Shown here: positions 36,720-49,339 of the stretch, piece by piece
Layout: each line of letters starts with the position of its first letter
How positions within the stretch are numbered: position 1 is the stretch's first letter
NCBI RefSeq assembly: GCF_964355755.1
Contig: NC_092677.1
Coordinates: 5,416,101-5,480,100, forward strand
Direction of reading: 5' to 3'
From: Antedon mediterranea
Lineage: Eukaryota; Animalia; Echinodermata
Length of the DNA: 64,000 bases
Position numbers and translations under genes: made by a program
The notes under the pieces: model-generated
The model's input: only the letters and a program-made list of their open reading frames with translations
Database searches by the model: none
Told to the model about the DNA's origin: nothing

Positions 36720-39700
36720 TTAGTCGTATAACTGTTCACAATAATGTGGTTCTGCAACCTTTTCTTTCTGTGATGTAATACAATCACGAGGCTCTTCGTA
36801 AATGACCTCAGAACTTGCCGACATCAGACCTTGAAGATTTTGACATTCGATTTCAATTTTTTCTCGTTTCTACAAAAACAATACAACTATTGATTGTTAT
36901 CGCTGAGTTTGAAAAAATTGTAAATTTGTAAAATTGAAAGTTACTATTTGGGATTGCCGAATGGGTTGATATGAATTAGGCCCACCAGCATGATTTAGTT
37001 TTGAAATACCTTTAATTTTATAATGATTAGGCCTACTTCTTTATTAAACGTCATCTGTGTCGACATCAGAGTGTTTGCCAAAACGTGCAGACCTTGGTAT
37101 AGGACCTACTAATTTTGACGTTTATCAACCCGCGACCATTTATAGTTAACATCAATAGTTTCTTTAGTTTATTAAAAAATACTTACCAGTGATTTTGCAC
37201 TGGATGTACCTTTACGTGACTTCACGATATCATCTCCTTTAAACCCTGTATTCATCTCATTGTAAACGCCGGAATGAAATGTTATTGCTTGATATTGAAG
37301 ATTTTGAAATGTTGACTGGATTTCTCTTATTCGTCTTTGCTAAATAAACAGTTTCAATGGTGAAATCCAATGAAAATAATAATACAATTATTTTCAACAT
37401 AACCGTTATAATAAAGGCAGTTTTTGAATTGCAAGGTGATGGCTACTTACATAAATATAACGTGATGTTAAACATGTAGGAATAGAACCGACAAGTAATG
37501 CAATAATAATAGCAATAGCTGTAACTATTGGAAACGAATCACCTAGAAAAGTAGATTTAAACTACATTAATACTAAAAAGTGTAAAATGTACTCAATGGC
37601 GTTCAAATTCAAAACATAGGACTGAAAACGTTAATTCCTGTAGTAGGCTACCAGGTGTGTAGGCCTACGGGAAATGCTTTAACGTCACGTGCCTGACTAT
37701 ATCATGATCTTCAAATGTGTCTTCCATGTCAATGTGTTAATATTATAGCATATAGGCATTTTGGTTACTATTCTTGTAACCACTACATAATGTGTAACCA
37801 TACCATAAGAGCATAGGAGAGTATATCTCATAGGCCTACTCTTGCAGACACTAAGCTGCTTGATAAATACATTATGGTAACATCAATCAATCAATCGTTC
37901 GATTTATATAGCACCATTCCAACAGTCATTGCTCATGGCGCTGCAAAAAACCCCGAAAATGTGAGTTTTGAGTAGTGACTTTAAACATGGAACTGAACCG
38001 ACAAATAATGCGATAATAACATGCCTACCTTTCACAGTACCTGTTTCTGCTTTAGGCCTACAGTTCTTTAGTGTTGTTGTGTCATTAAGTTTTCCATTCT
38101 CTGCATAACATATTATATTTGATTGGCATATCGTTTTATTTGTCCCTAAAGTTGCTGTATTTTCTCCTTTCTTAACCACTTCTCCATCTTGTAATATCAC
38201 TACTGATGATGGCCTGGGATAGCCCTCTGCTGTGCATGTTGCAAAACAATATTCAGGTTTGAATGTTACGATGATATCTAGAAAATGAGAGAAGCTTCAG
38301 AATATATATTTTTAAATTGTAGGCCTATAGGCTAAAGGCAAAACAATTAAGCTTTTTATAACGAAGATGATTAAACAAGATAAAAAATAATCATCATGTA
38401 TATTGCATCAAAAACATTTTGACTGCTCTTTTACTTAAGTATCTGAAGGATACACACAATGTACCACAATTAGACATTTAAAAAGGCAATTTCTACATAC
38501 AATTTATGTTCAACTGTTTTCCGGCACTAATTTCAGCATCATCTCCTTTAAACTGATCACTCTCTGCTTTACATGTATATATACCACTGTCTTTCACGGT
38601 GGCTGCTTCAATCTTAAGAACATTGCCGGTGGTATTTATCTTCTGTTCATCTTTATACCAAGTGATGTAAGGAGTTGGATCTCCATCATGATTACTACAA
38701 GTAAATGTGACTGTTTCTCCTTCGTAGATAGTGTTTGCTGAGGCATGAAGAAGTGGTTTATCCAAAACTGAAGTATAAAAAAACAACAAAAATACTATTA
38801 CCGTAGTACGGTATTCAACGGGAAATTGAACAATTTAGGTCTACGTGTGTTTTACCATAATTTTTGGGAGTTGACAACATTTTTAAAAATATAACAATTT
38901 AATTAATAGAAATAATTCGATTAATGTTCAATGACGTCCTTAGAACACATCTTTCTATAGGCCTATATGTCAAGAGGTTTCTGAAGTGAAAATAATGTTT
39001 AATTTAGAATTTTACTTTTTACTTACAATATACAGTTAAGATAGATGGACCTGATAACTTATTTGACCCGTTTGCCGTTTGTATTTGACATCTAAATATT
39101 CTTTTTGAATCGTGTCTCAAAGGATGTAAGATCATCAGGCTAGCTTTACCAGGCGCAGTGTGTAACTTAAAACGTCCATTTTCCATCTTTTTATCATTCA
39201 CAATTCCCGGGTTAATATTTACTCCATTTTCATTCAGTTCATCCCATTGTATTACATCAGGCGTGGATGTAAATTGTGAATAATCACAAGTTATCACCAC
39301 TTCAACATCACCTTCTTTAGACGTCTGGTTAAATGTCGTCACCAACTGACAATGTGCTTTAATATAATACATTATGAACACATCTATTAGGAGAATTATT
39401 ACAATTAAACCTGCTTTTTAAACCACTGATATTTAGCTGTGTTGATAAAATTCAAGTCACGCGTACTTTATAGTCTACAGATCTAGGCCTAAATTTTGAG
39501 TGTCAATGTTACATAAATATCAGACTGTCGTTGCCTTTTAAACTAACCACAATGGTCATGCAAATTAAACGAATAATAATATTCCTAACCTATTTGGTTA
39601 TGTTTATGGTTATTTAGCTACTATTAGTTTTACACAATCCTACTGACTGGTCATTAGAAAGATAATTCAAATAATCCGGCATGAAAAGTGCACTTACTGT

Positions 39701-39816
39701 TTAGTGTTTAGCTAATTAAACATTTAACTATATAATATACATCACCAATTCAATTAATTCTTACCGAGTGAAGATTGTAAACATATAATAAATAAAAGCC
39801 TCATCTTCAAACACAT
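36720..39816 (-). CDS. Gene C: complete type I IgSF receptor (signal - V - I-set - mini-Ig - TM - Tyr-motif tail), about 430 aa
   Basis: Exons 39816-39765, 39356-39027, 38767-38501, 38277-38029, 37542-37451, 37339-37187, 36869-36720 (1293 nt, all phases match). Signal MCLKMRLLFIICLQSSLAHC; TM FPIVTAIAIIIALLVGSIPTCL; tail contains LQYQAI, VYNEM, VIYEEP, HYCEQLYD*. Confidence 0.88.
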
Positions 39817-40349
39817 ACCTGAAGAAACAATTATTACTTCAATTATTTAATTGTATTGTTTCTATCATATTATCATTACAAACCAACAAACTAAACTAAA
39901 AGTCAAACGTGTTACTGCAGATGTGACCCGCATTATATATATAAACTTTATTTAGACACGAGACTGATGTGCAGTACAACTCGTTCAATCAATATTGATT
40001 GTTTTTACACAAGTTCGTGATATTACAAAAAACCCAACACCATATAAATACGACAAACAAGATATTGAAAAAAAAAATTACAGCAGAATCCCCTTCATCT
40101 GACCCCTCTATTTAGGGTACACCATACCGGTACTTCCCGTGTAAACGGGAACCTTTATCGAAGTGTATAATTTATGGGGATTCTACTGTAGTACATAATA
40201 AATGTTTTTGTTTTCATTTACCTTAAAATAATAGTGATAAAACACACATTTTACATAGTATCCAGCCATTTTAATAGTTGGATGTAAACCATCGTAGATA
40301 CCATACCATTATTTTTGCAATGTATTTTTCAGATACGTTTTAAACAACT

Positions 40350-41290
40350 CAACTGAAGTTGGAAGTGTATCAACATTGAGACTATTCCATATAATTGCTC
40401 CACGATAAGACAGACTAATTCGTTTTTTTTAAATCGGTTTTTGGCTTCGGGATGAATAGATGTGTATCACTGTGCCTTAGATTATAATTTATATCATTGA
40501 ATGTAAATACATTATTTAGGTAAGGTGGGGCATTACCTGTCAAAACCTTATATATAACCATACAACATTCATATCTATCTTGATAAAATAAAGGTGACCA
40601 ATTAATTTGTCTTAGTGATTAGCTTTACTTTTACGTATTAATTTATTGCACATATTTTTCTATACTTTCTGTACCTTTCCCAGAGTGATTCATCTTAAGA
40701 ATGTTTACATTCTCTTTTGAGTTTATCTCTTTTTCTCATCTTTTCAATTACATAATCAGTGAGCCAAGGAGCTGTTTTTTTACGTACCATGTGTTTTTTC
40801 CAAGGAGCATGTTTATCTAATATTTTGGTAAGTGTAGTTTTGAGAAGTTTGGCACTCTGACTTACGTCGCCACTGGCGGTAATACCATTCCAATTTACCA
40901 TTAATAAATCGTTTAAAAACCTGTCTTCATTAAATTTTTTAAAGTTTCGTGTCATTTTATAATTATGATCCTGTTTATTAATTTTATTTGTTTTATTGGA
41001 ATCTTTATTATTTTTCGTCCCTTTCCCTATTATAGCGAATGGTATTGAGTGGTCACTTAAGCCGACGTGGATAACTCTAGACTTGAATATTTTAGGAACA
41101 TTTGAGAAATACATAACATCTATTAATGTAGAGGAATGTTTTTCTATACGTGTTGATTCTTCAATGATCTGTTTTAGATTAAAATTTTCACTTAATTTAA
41201 TTAGTTTCTTTGTGTAACAATGTGGATTGTCAGACATAACGTCACAGTTTAAATCTCCCACCCATCATCATAACATCTTTGTGTTCCAGT
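40350..41290 (-). mobile_element. LINE remnant (APE endonuclease and linker joined to a 3' fragment)
   Basis: MGDLNCD...TRIEKHSSTLIDVMY...GLSDHS...APWLT...MRKRDKL. Downstream fragment VIYKVLTGNAPPYL. Confidence 0.85.
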
Positions 41291-44200
41291 TCAATCTTTT
41301 GAAATATATTTAGACATAGACAGAGTGCCGTACAAGAATCACATAGAAGTTCTCAAACAAGGTATTATGTTGTATCCTACTCAAGAAACAATAAACAGTC
41401 TTCCGTGTCACAATCATCGGCTTCGCTTCTGAAGTTTTTATTGGTTATTCATTATCATTCTCATCTTCACAATTTATGACAGCAAGCATAGCCATATCTC
41501 TCTTTCATCTTTTATTATTATTAATTTAATTTAAGCTACTTACCTTTATCTTACCGATCTTACCGATTTTTTTGCCTCTGTGATAGTATTCGTTATTTTA
41601 TGCAATGTCCTGTCAACAATAAATTGTACTATTTTGTTTCAATTTCGATAATGATAATAAATATAATAAATCAGCAACAGTGACTAACATAGATGATAGA
41701 TGTAAACTTCGTTCGACGTATAGGCCTATATTAGGTTAAACCACTTTTGTAAATTGCTTTGTAATTTATTATGAAGCAAGCGTTGCAATTGGTGAAACAT
41801 TTTAATTGGTTCATTGATGCACCAATAGATGCTCTGCAATTATGTAAATATACAACTAGTAATTAAATATTATTTGTTTATAGCATAAATAAAATAAAAA
41901 ACTCATTTAGTAAAATTTCAAAGATGGATTTTGGTGAATGGTTAAAATGCCACTTTGAGATTTAAATCAGTGATTTTTTTTATATTTACATGTTAGGATA
42001 GGTTAACGATTTAATTAACCATCGAGTTGGCAGGGAGAAGGCAAATTGGTAAGCGTTAACAATATAATTGAAATTTTCACAATTGCATGATTGAAAACGA
42101 CACTTGGTACTTTATTTCTGTGATCTTCCTAGATAGGCAAACGTTAGAATAACGTTGAATTTTGGTTGTTATATGGTTACGGGTATGTTGATAACGTTGT
42201 TATAACGTTGGTTTTACATAGGCCTATTGGCGAACATTGTTGTTGTAGTGCAAACGTATAAACCGTACTGAACGTTGTATGTATGTTTGTAAACAACATG
42301 CCAATGTTTATAGATTTATGTTGATTTAACGTTTCCCATAGAACCGTTAAAATACAAACGTATATTCAACGTCAGAAGTAGGTTGGGAATCTAACGTGTA
42401 GACGTCATACAAATAACGAAATCATAAAGTTACTGCGAACATGATTTTAAACAACAAAATGTAAAAACAATGCATTACTATAGAGAATCGCTGTACAAAC
42501 TAAACGCGCACGCGTAGAGCGTGCATGGAGCGCACAACCAGAGCCGTTCCGAAATTGCTATTTTTGTAACTTTATACTTTTTTTATTATTTTAACAAAAA
42601 CCTTTAATCAAATTGATTGTTTTGATATTAAATTCGATAATTAAAGCCTTTTGAACGTTATACATTTTCAAAAAAAAAGACTCAACTCCATACGCATAGG
42701 AATAGTTGGACACAATATGTCACACCAAAATCAGTCCGGGCCGCGTATTTTTTTTTCCAGGACGAACGTGGGCAATTTACATAAATGGGCGTGGCTTAAC
42801 CTCCAAAATACTCTCGCGCATGCGTACTTGGACTGAAATAGTTGTGAGGCGACAGAAAGCCATTCACGGATCTAAATAATCGCGTACAAAATAACAAATG
42901 TTTGTATCTGCTTTTTTCTGTGTTAAGACATACAGATTTTTTTACTAATTTGGTGCTATGACCATGCTAGTTAATGCTAGTTGTGCCATTATTGGTAAAA
43001 TAGACAATGGGAGTGTCGTTATGCTCTCAGGTCTGAGAGTTAAGTGTTACTGCTAGGTATAGGCCTATAGCTAGCTGTTACTTGGAAAGCATGCTACTGA
43101 TGCTAGTATTTAGTCTAAGGCCAGGGTTAAATACTGCTATAATAGCAGCTATTTCTGACATAGCTCGAAAAGCAGTTGTGGTTGCTACGTGAAATTTATT
43201 ATTGCTTATATTATACCTATTTATCTTAATTTTGTTAATAAAAAATTTTGATTATGCTGTCAAAGGGAAGTTTCAGATCAACGAAACAACAGAATACTCG
43301 ATCCCCTCTTAACGTTTTACTTAAATATTTTTGGATTGTGCTGTTTAGGATGAAAATGTTATCTAAGTGTGCGGAATCCCTTGCAAAGCCTGATTGTTTT
43401 TGATAAATAATGTTATTGTTTTCAGTATGGTTTATTAAAAATATTTTGCCGAGAACTGGAATGTCAAAAATGTATAAGTAAAATAGTTATTTTTGCTGGT
43501 TTTTTTTTCTACAGAAGTGAATAACTATAATTTAAAAACTGCAAAATGAGCTATTCAAGGCTGATTTTATTCATTTCATTTTTTATGTTTTTGGGGGACA
43601 ATACATCTTTAAGGGTTAGGTATTATTATTAGTTGGTATTAAGATAATCGTGGTCATCGTACATGATGTTATGCTCATTTTCGTTGTTCCAAAGCAATAA
43701 TAACTACCTAATATGACATCTAAGAAAGTCACACTGTCTGCAATGTCTTCATGTTTATCAATATGTGTACTTACAACTAGGTGATGTTTTGTAAACCACC
43801 AGTTTACAAGAATAATATTAATGTTCCTGGCCAAAGTGTTATGGGTAAAAAATTTTCTCGTGTCAATGTTTGTAAAAATGGTATTTTCTGTAGACTCTCG
43901 TCATTGTACAATTCTTGTATTTAAAAAAATAATTCTTTAGATATTTTTAACTGTAATTTTTCTCAATTTAAATGTATTATTAATGAAATTATTTAAATTT
44001 TCTTTTTCATTTGTATATATTTATATTGGCTCATATTTATAGTTTAGTTTTTATTTTCAACCTGTTATTGGTGTTTTACACTGTTGGTTTGATATAAAGA
44101 ATAAATAAAAAATATTGGAAAAATAGGTGACTATTTAATGATACCTTATGAAGTGATGTTTGTAGTTTCAATGGCATTATGTTATTCTTAAAGCAGAAAT

Positions 44201-44517
44201 GTCACTAAAACATTAATAAAATCCATATAAAGTAATACACTAATAAAAACGGCTCATCCATAGCGTTACTTTTAAGATTTCGCCGTTATCACGAAAAAGC
44301 AAATTTAAAATAGCCACTTGAGCAATTCAATTACTTCCGGTTCGTATGCAGAAATATTTCCGTGACGTCATCTCGGGTGCTTCGCTTGGTTAGTTACACA
44401 CACGAGTTGTTGGACACTGTATTTCTCTATTGTATTTCGCATTCTTTTGTTCACGTAATCAATCTCTTGAGGCACTTTTGTTAAAGTTAACTTTTGTTGG
44501 TGTTAAATCAAAACACA

Positions 44518-44720
44518 ATGCCGTATTGTGCAGCATTTAATTGTACCAATACAACAAGTGGAGGATAAAATCGCGACCGGAATATAGGATTTTTTTCCTT
44601 CCCAAAGTCTTCGGGTCTGAGAAAGGCATGGATCCACGCCGTCAGACGAAAACATTTCCAGCCTAGCAAATTCGCAACGATATGTTCGGAGCACTTCTTG
44701 GAAGAAGACTTTGCGAAATA
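44518..44720 (+). pseudogene. THAP domain (Kolobok transposase N-terminus) with in-frame stop
   Basis: MPYCAAFNC...*...FFSFPKSSGLRKAWIHAVRR...TICSEHFLEEDF. Stop at 44566; truncated by foreign sequence at 44721. Confidence 0.85.
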
Positions 44721-47700
44721 CCCGGTCCGCCTAAAAACCGGAAAAAACCAAAAAACACAGGAAAAAACCAAAAAATACCGGAAAAAAACAAAAAAATACC
44801 TTTGTCACCTACAGCGTATACTTTCTTGACAAATTCATTGTCAGTAAGCTTCGTCAAGATCGTTTGTATTTCGTCTGCTGTATTCTGTCCTGCATGATGT
44901 CCCTTTTCTTTCCTTTTCATACTATATTTTATATTTCGTATCTGTTTCATGTCTCTAGGATTAGCGTTGCTTTCATTTAACAAGAGATCAGTATAAACGT
45001 CTCTTGGGGCTTGCGTGGCAGAAAGTCTATGTTTTGCTGCCATCATTGTACTTTTTGCGGTTCTTATATATTCGGTTCCGGGTGTATTTCTGTTTCCGTG
45101 ACTTCTCTTTGTTTTAGGAAATTTGCCTAGGTATTCCACCAACGCTAGATTTGTTGACTCGTCGGGAAAAGATTTATCTATCCACGTGACCCTTTTTCGG
45201 AAAGAAGGGTCACGTTTAAGAGTCATGTAACATCGGCACACTAACATTATGTTTTCAGGTTGTGGGTTCATTGGTGTCCAGGCACCTTTTACCTTTGTAC
45301 AGTACACACCATCCCGTTTAACCACAGTTATCATAACGCCATTCATCATAGCAATTATTGTTCGAGGTGTTGTAGTTTGAGATGAATGCCAAGTACCACA
45401 GTCATCGTAAAAAATACTGCGTTTACCATCTGCCCTGAGTGCGAAGTTTTCTCCATTGTCTACAACAAATGCAACGTTTTCTTTTATGCCACAAGGAACC
45501 TCATTGACAACTTCACTAATTGGGGTGTGTACCAAAATTTGTCTCACGCGACTGATTCCAAGAAATCTACCTGTCAATTTGATACCCTGTCCTTGAAGCG
45601 ACTCTAAGTCCGAGGATACCGAGGGTGGATGTGATCTGTAGAATGTATTCCTCCATTTGAAATCTTCAATCGACTCTGGGTCAGAGGATGATACCGTCCT
45701 ACATGGTTCAGCATCCATTGATGTGGGAATTTCGGACCATTTTTGTTCATCCTTCCAGTAAAATTCTGGCACTGAATCTAGGTCAGATGATGAACATACA
45801 TCTTCATTTTTATGTTGTTTTGCATTAGACGATGGTACACCTATTATAATAAAAGAAATGGATTAAACAAGTTCAAAGATTTCGTCAATTGTTTGAGATT
45901 TGCTACTTTTTATTAATTAATTTAGGCAGGCGTCATCTTTTTTTGCAAAACATTTAATAATCTTAATGGGTGAAAAATTGTAAACAAAATGTCGAGAAAT
46001 AAGTAGCCGTCTGTTTCTGTATTTTTGTTTTGATCTATTTTTCTTTTGCCGTATTATTGTGGGTTTTTTAAATTTCCGTCTGCAGCGTTGGTTCGGCTGA
46101 TTATTTAGTTTTTATTAAAAGATGTGTTATTTAACATGTTTGACCTTACCTTTTGTTTGTTTATTTTTCTTGTACTTTGTTTTCCTGCTTTTCTCCTTTT
46201 CCGGCTTGTTTCCCTGTCTGTTTGGTGTCTGTGAATGCTGATCTTCAATCGACTCTGGGTCAGAGGACGATACGACCCTTGGTGGTTCAGCATCCATTGA
46301 TGTGGGAATTTCGGTCCATTTTGGTTCATCCTTCCAGTAAAATTCTGGCACTGAATCTGTGTCAGATGATGAACATACATCTTCATTGTTAAGTTGTTTT
46401 GCATTAGACGATGGTACACCTATTGTACAAGAAATATAACTGTTACTAACGGTCGAGTTTATCATTGGAACATAACTTTGTTACCACTTCTTATTTATTG
46501 CGTAAGATATGCGTTTAAAATGTATGCAAACATTTAATAATTTAGAGTATAAGTAAACAAGGTAGATAAAAGAGAAAAATATTTTGTAGGAAAAAGTAAG
46601 TCACCTTTCGTTTCTGCATTTTTTGTTCTCTCTCCGTTTTCCGGTTTTCCTGCTTTGAATCCGTGTGCAGCGGTGCTTCGTCTGATTCCGATGAAATTAT
46701 GATCGGGGACAACGACCCTGAATTACATAGAAAAAATAAGACCATACTTTTAATATAGTTGTAAATGGGCCGCTGTTTCACGATTTTTTTTGTGTGGTTT
46801 TGACCTTATACGAAATGTTTTTATGTCATCAAACGCTTTCAAAATTCAACGCAACTCAACGCAACTCGCCGTAACGTTACGTCGACAGGAAAACAAGCTT
46901 AACGCTTGTTAACAGTATGCGGTTTTTTAAATCAATTAATTCTGAATTTTTACTTGTACATTATTTTGAAAATTTGTTCAAGTTTATATTTCAAATATTA
47001 ATTTTTTTTACCCTTTCTTTGTTTTTGTTTTCTTTTTGTTTTGTTTTCTTTCGTCACATTTTTCGCTTTGAACGTCATGTCATCGGATTCTATTTCTGGC
47101 ATAGAGGACAATGATTCTAAACAGACGAAAATAGCAAAAAAAATATAAAAGCACTGGTAATTATGACAGTAATTATCTGTGTTCAGGGGCAACTGTTTTT
47201 GAATTAAACAAGTTAGGCCTAAATGGGTTTTGTGGAGTTAAATTGTTTACAGTATTATTTATGAAATTATGACATCAATACCTCATTGGCTTAATTATTC
47301 TTACCATCTAGCTTTTCGTGCCCTTTGCGTTGTCTTGACTTGTCAATGCTTTCGTCTGATTCGGATGAGCTTATCGTAATTATGGGAGATGTTTTTAAAC
47401 CTGATTTGAAATACAAAGAGCAAACCATTAGATGCCAGAAACTTAAAATAAAAAATTAACTTAATGAATAAAGTTGTTAAATTTAATATAATAGACCTAA
47501 AGTTATACCTTCAGATTTGTCTTGGCATTTCTTTAAATTTATTTTAAGACCACTTCTGATCTTGCCTTTGTATTTTCTGTTTGCTGTCAAATGCGGAATA
47601 TCCATTAGCGGCACAAAGTGATTGGGTGTCCAAATGTGTTTCTCTTCTTTCGGATCCAAGATTTGTGTGCTCGTCCACATGATAAAAATTGGCTGACTAC

Positions 47701-47905
47701 CTGCCTTTTGTTTACACGGGTAAAAACTTCTATTCAGAATTCGATACACCTTGTCCATCATGCCATTCAATGGTGGGTATATTGAAACTATTTCGTGACC
47801 TATGACAGTGGCTAACGCTTGAATTTGCCATGAAGACGAATATCCACTTTCACGACTACAATCCATACAAGCCGTGTCATAATCAGGGCTCACAAGGAGT
47901 AAGTA
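44721..47905 (-). mobile_element. Fragment of a spliced transposon gene: vertnin/OTU-like domain plus a Mutator-like transposase N-terminal region
   Basis: 47483-47893: YSSSWQIQALATVIG..IVSIYP..IFIMWT..PNHFVPL. 44800-45840: DDCGTW..FRKRVTWI..VEYLG..HGN..YIRT..PRDMKQIRN. Subterminal A-rich repeats end at cccggtccgcc. Confidence 0.6.
45661..46425 (-). repeat. Duplicated ~185-bp coding segment (45661-45845 and 46240-46425)
   Basis: Both copies encode PEFYWKDExKWxEIPTSMDAEPxRxVSSSDPESIED. Confidence 0.9.
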
Positions 47906-48172
47906 GGCCTATATTATTATTTTATTTATTATATGTCAAACAACAATATGTTTTATAAAATAGCTTATGTACTTACAATAAAAAATAATTCAGGAAGGTT
48001 TATTTTTTTTTATTGCTAATTCGGTTCATTCAGTAGTTAATTTATTCATGTTTGATATTATTTGCATAATAATAGTAATACAAGTTACTTTTACTTCTAC
48101 AGAACTAAAGTGGTTTATTGAAAATAATGTCCAGTGTAAATCATTTCTTCTTATATTTTTTTTTTTTAATAG

Positions 48173-48341
48173 AATATATTGAAAAGTTGCTAACTGAAGT
48201 GTTTGAAAGAAGACGAGCGAAGTCAGTCAAGATGCTCTTATGAATTATGCAAAAGCACCACCGGCCGTTAACGCCACATACCAACCGTATGACAAAGCAG
48301 ACTTGGTCAAGAAAAGATGTACTCGTTTTCCAACTAAATAA
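48173..48341 (+). pseudogene. Kolobok transposase C-terminal exon remnant
   Basis: YIEKLLTEVFERR../APPAVNATYQPYDKADLVKKRCTRF (frameshifted), inside the TIR-bounded element. Confidence 0.55.
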
Positions 48342-49339
48342 CATTTTAATAATCAAGGTAATAAAGTCCTTATTTGCATGTCTTACAATACACATGGTGA
48401 AACATACAGTAATTATATATGTTCTTGTCAGTATAAACTTATAAAAATAGTTTTCAAAATTTTTTTTCTTTATCCTCAATCATGAATAAACTTAACTAAA
48501 TAACTCTTTTGTTTATTGTTTTAATTGTAGGAACTGAACTTTGGTGAAACTGGTCGATTTCCAATCTATGCAACTGTACAAAGTGACTGTACAATGTGCT
48601 TATTGAATTTGTTAATTTAATGTTGTCAGTTTTGTCATTAAAAATCTTATTTCCACTACAATACTGTTATACTTACAAACTGTTTCGTAATTAATTTGAG
48701 CGTTAATTCAAATATAGTATTTTATCAAACTTACTGATTCACTGGATGATCATCGTCAAATGGACCTTCCTGTTTAACATAATGCCAGAAGGACACTTCA
48801 AGAACATCGCGGTCCAGACAGTTGTTTTTTAACCCAGTATGCTGTGTTATGCATCCAACCGCTCCCCTATTTTCTCTACCATCTCCTCTGTCTCATAACA
48901 ACATACAGACTCAACAGCAGTTGCTGTTGCTGTACAATGTGAGCACTTGCACCTGCATAGAATCAACATTACAGCACTCAAATATATACTATATGCTGTT
49001 ACTATACTAATTAATAGATGAAAATCAATATAAGCAAGGTCCTCCCAATCCCACCAAAAAATCCCCAAACAAAAGCTAGGCTTCTGTAGCTAGCCTAGTA
49101 GAAATAGAATAAAGCCTATTACTGTGGCTAGCCTATTAGTATTGGCCTTAGTATTATAGAGTTTAGCAGGCCTATAATTACGAAAAAATAATTACATTTT
49201 ATTACAGTAAATATACTCAAAAGCCTAGTAAAATCAACAAATTTGATCCAAAACAAAATGTCTTTCCCACCACCTTCCTCGCTGGCCGCATATGTATGGC
49301 CGTGATTTGTTTTTTTGTGTGTTGTCCGATGCAGTCGGC

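Noticed and set aside
24-39816. RAG-type V(D)J-like rearranging locus
   Set aside because: The Ig domains are ordinary spliced exons. No heptamer/nonamer signals or J-like segments were noticed.
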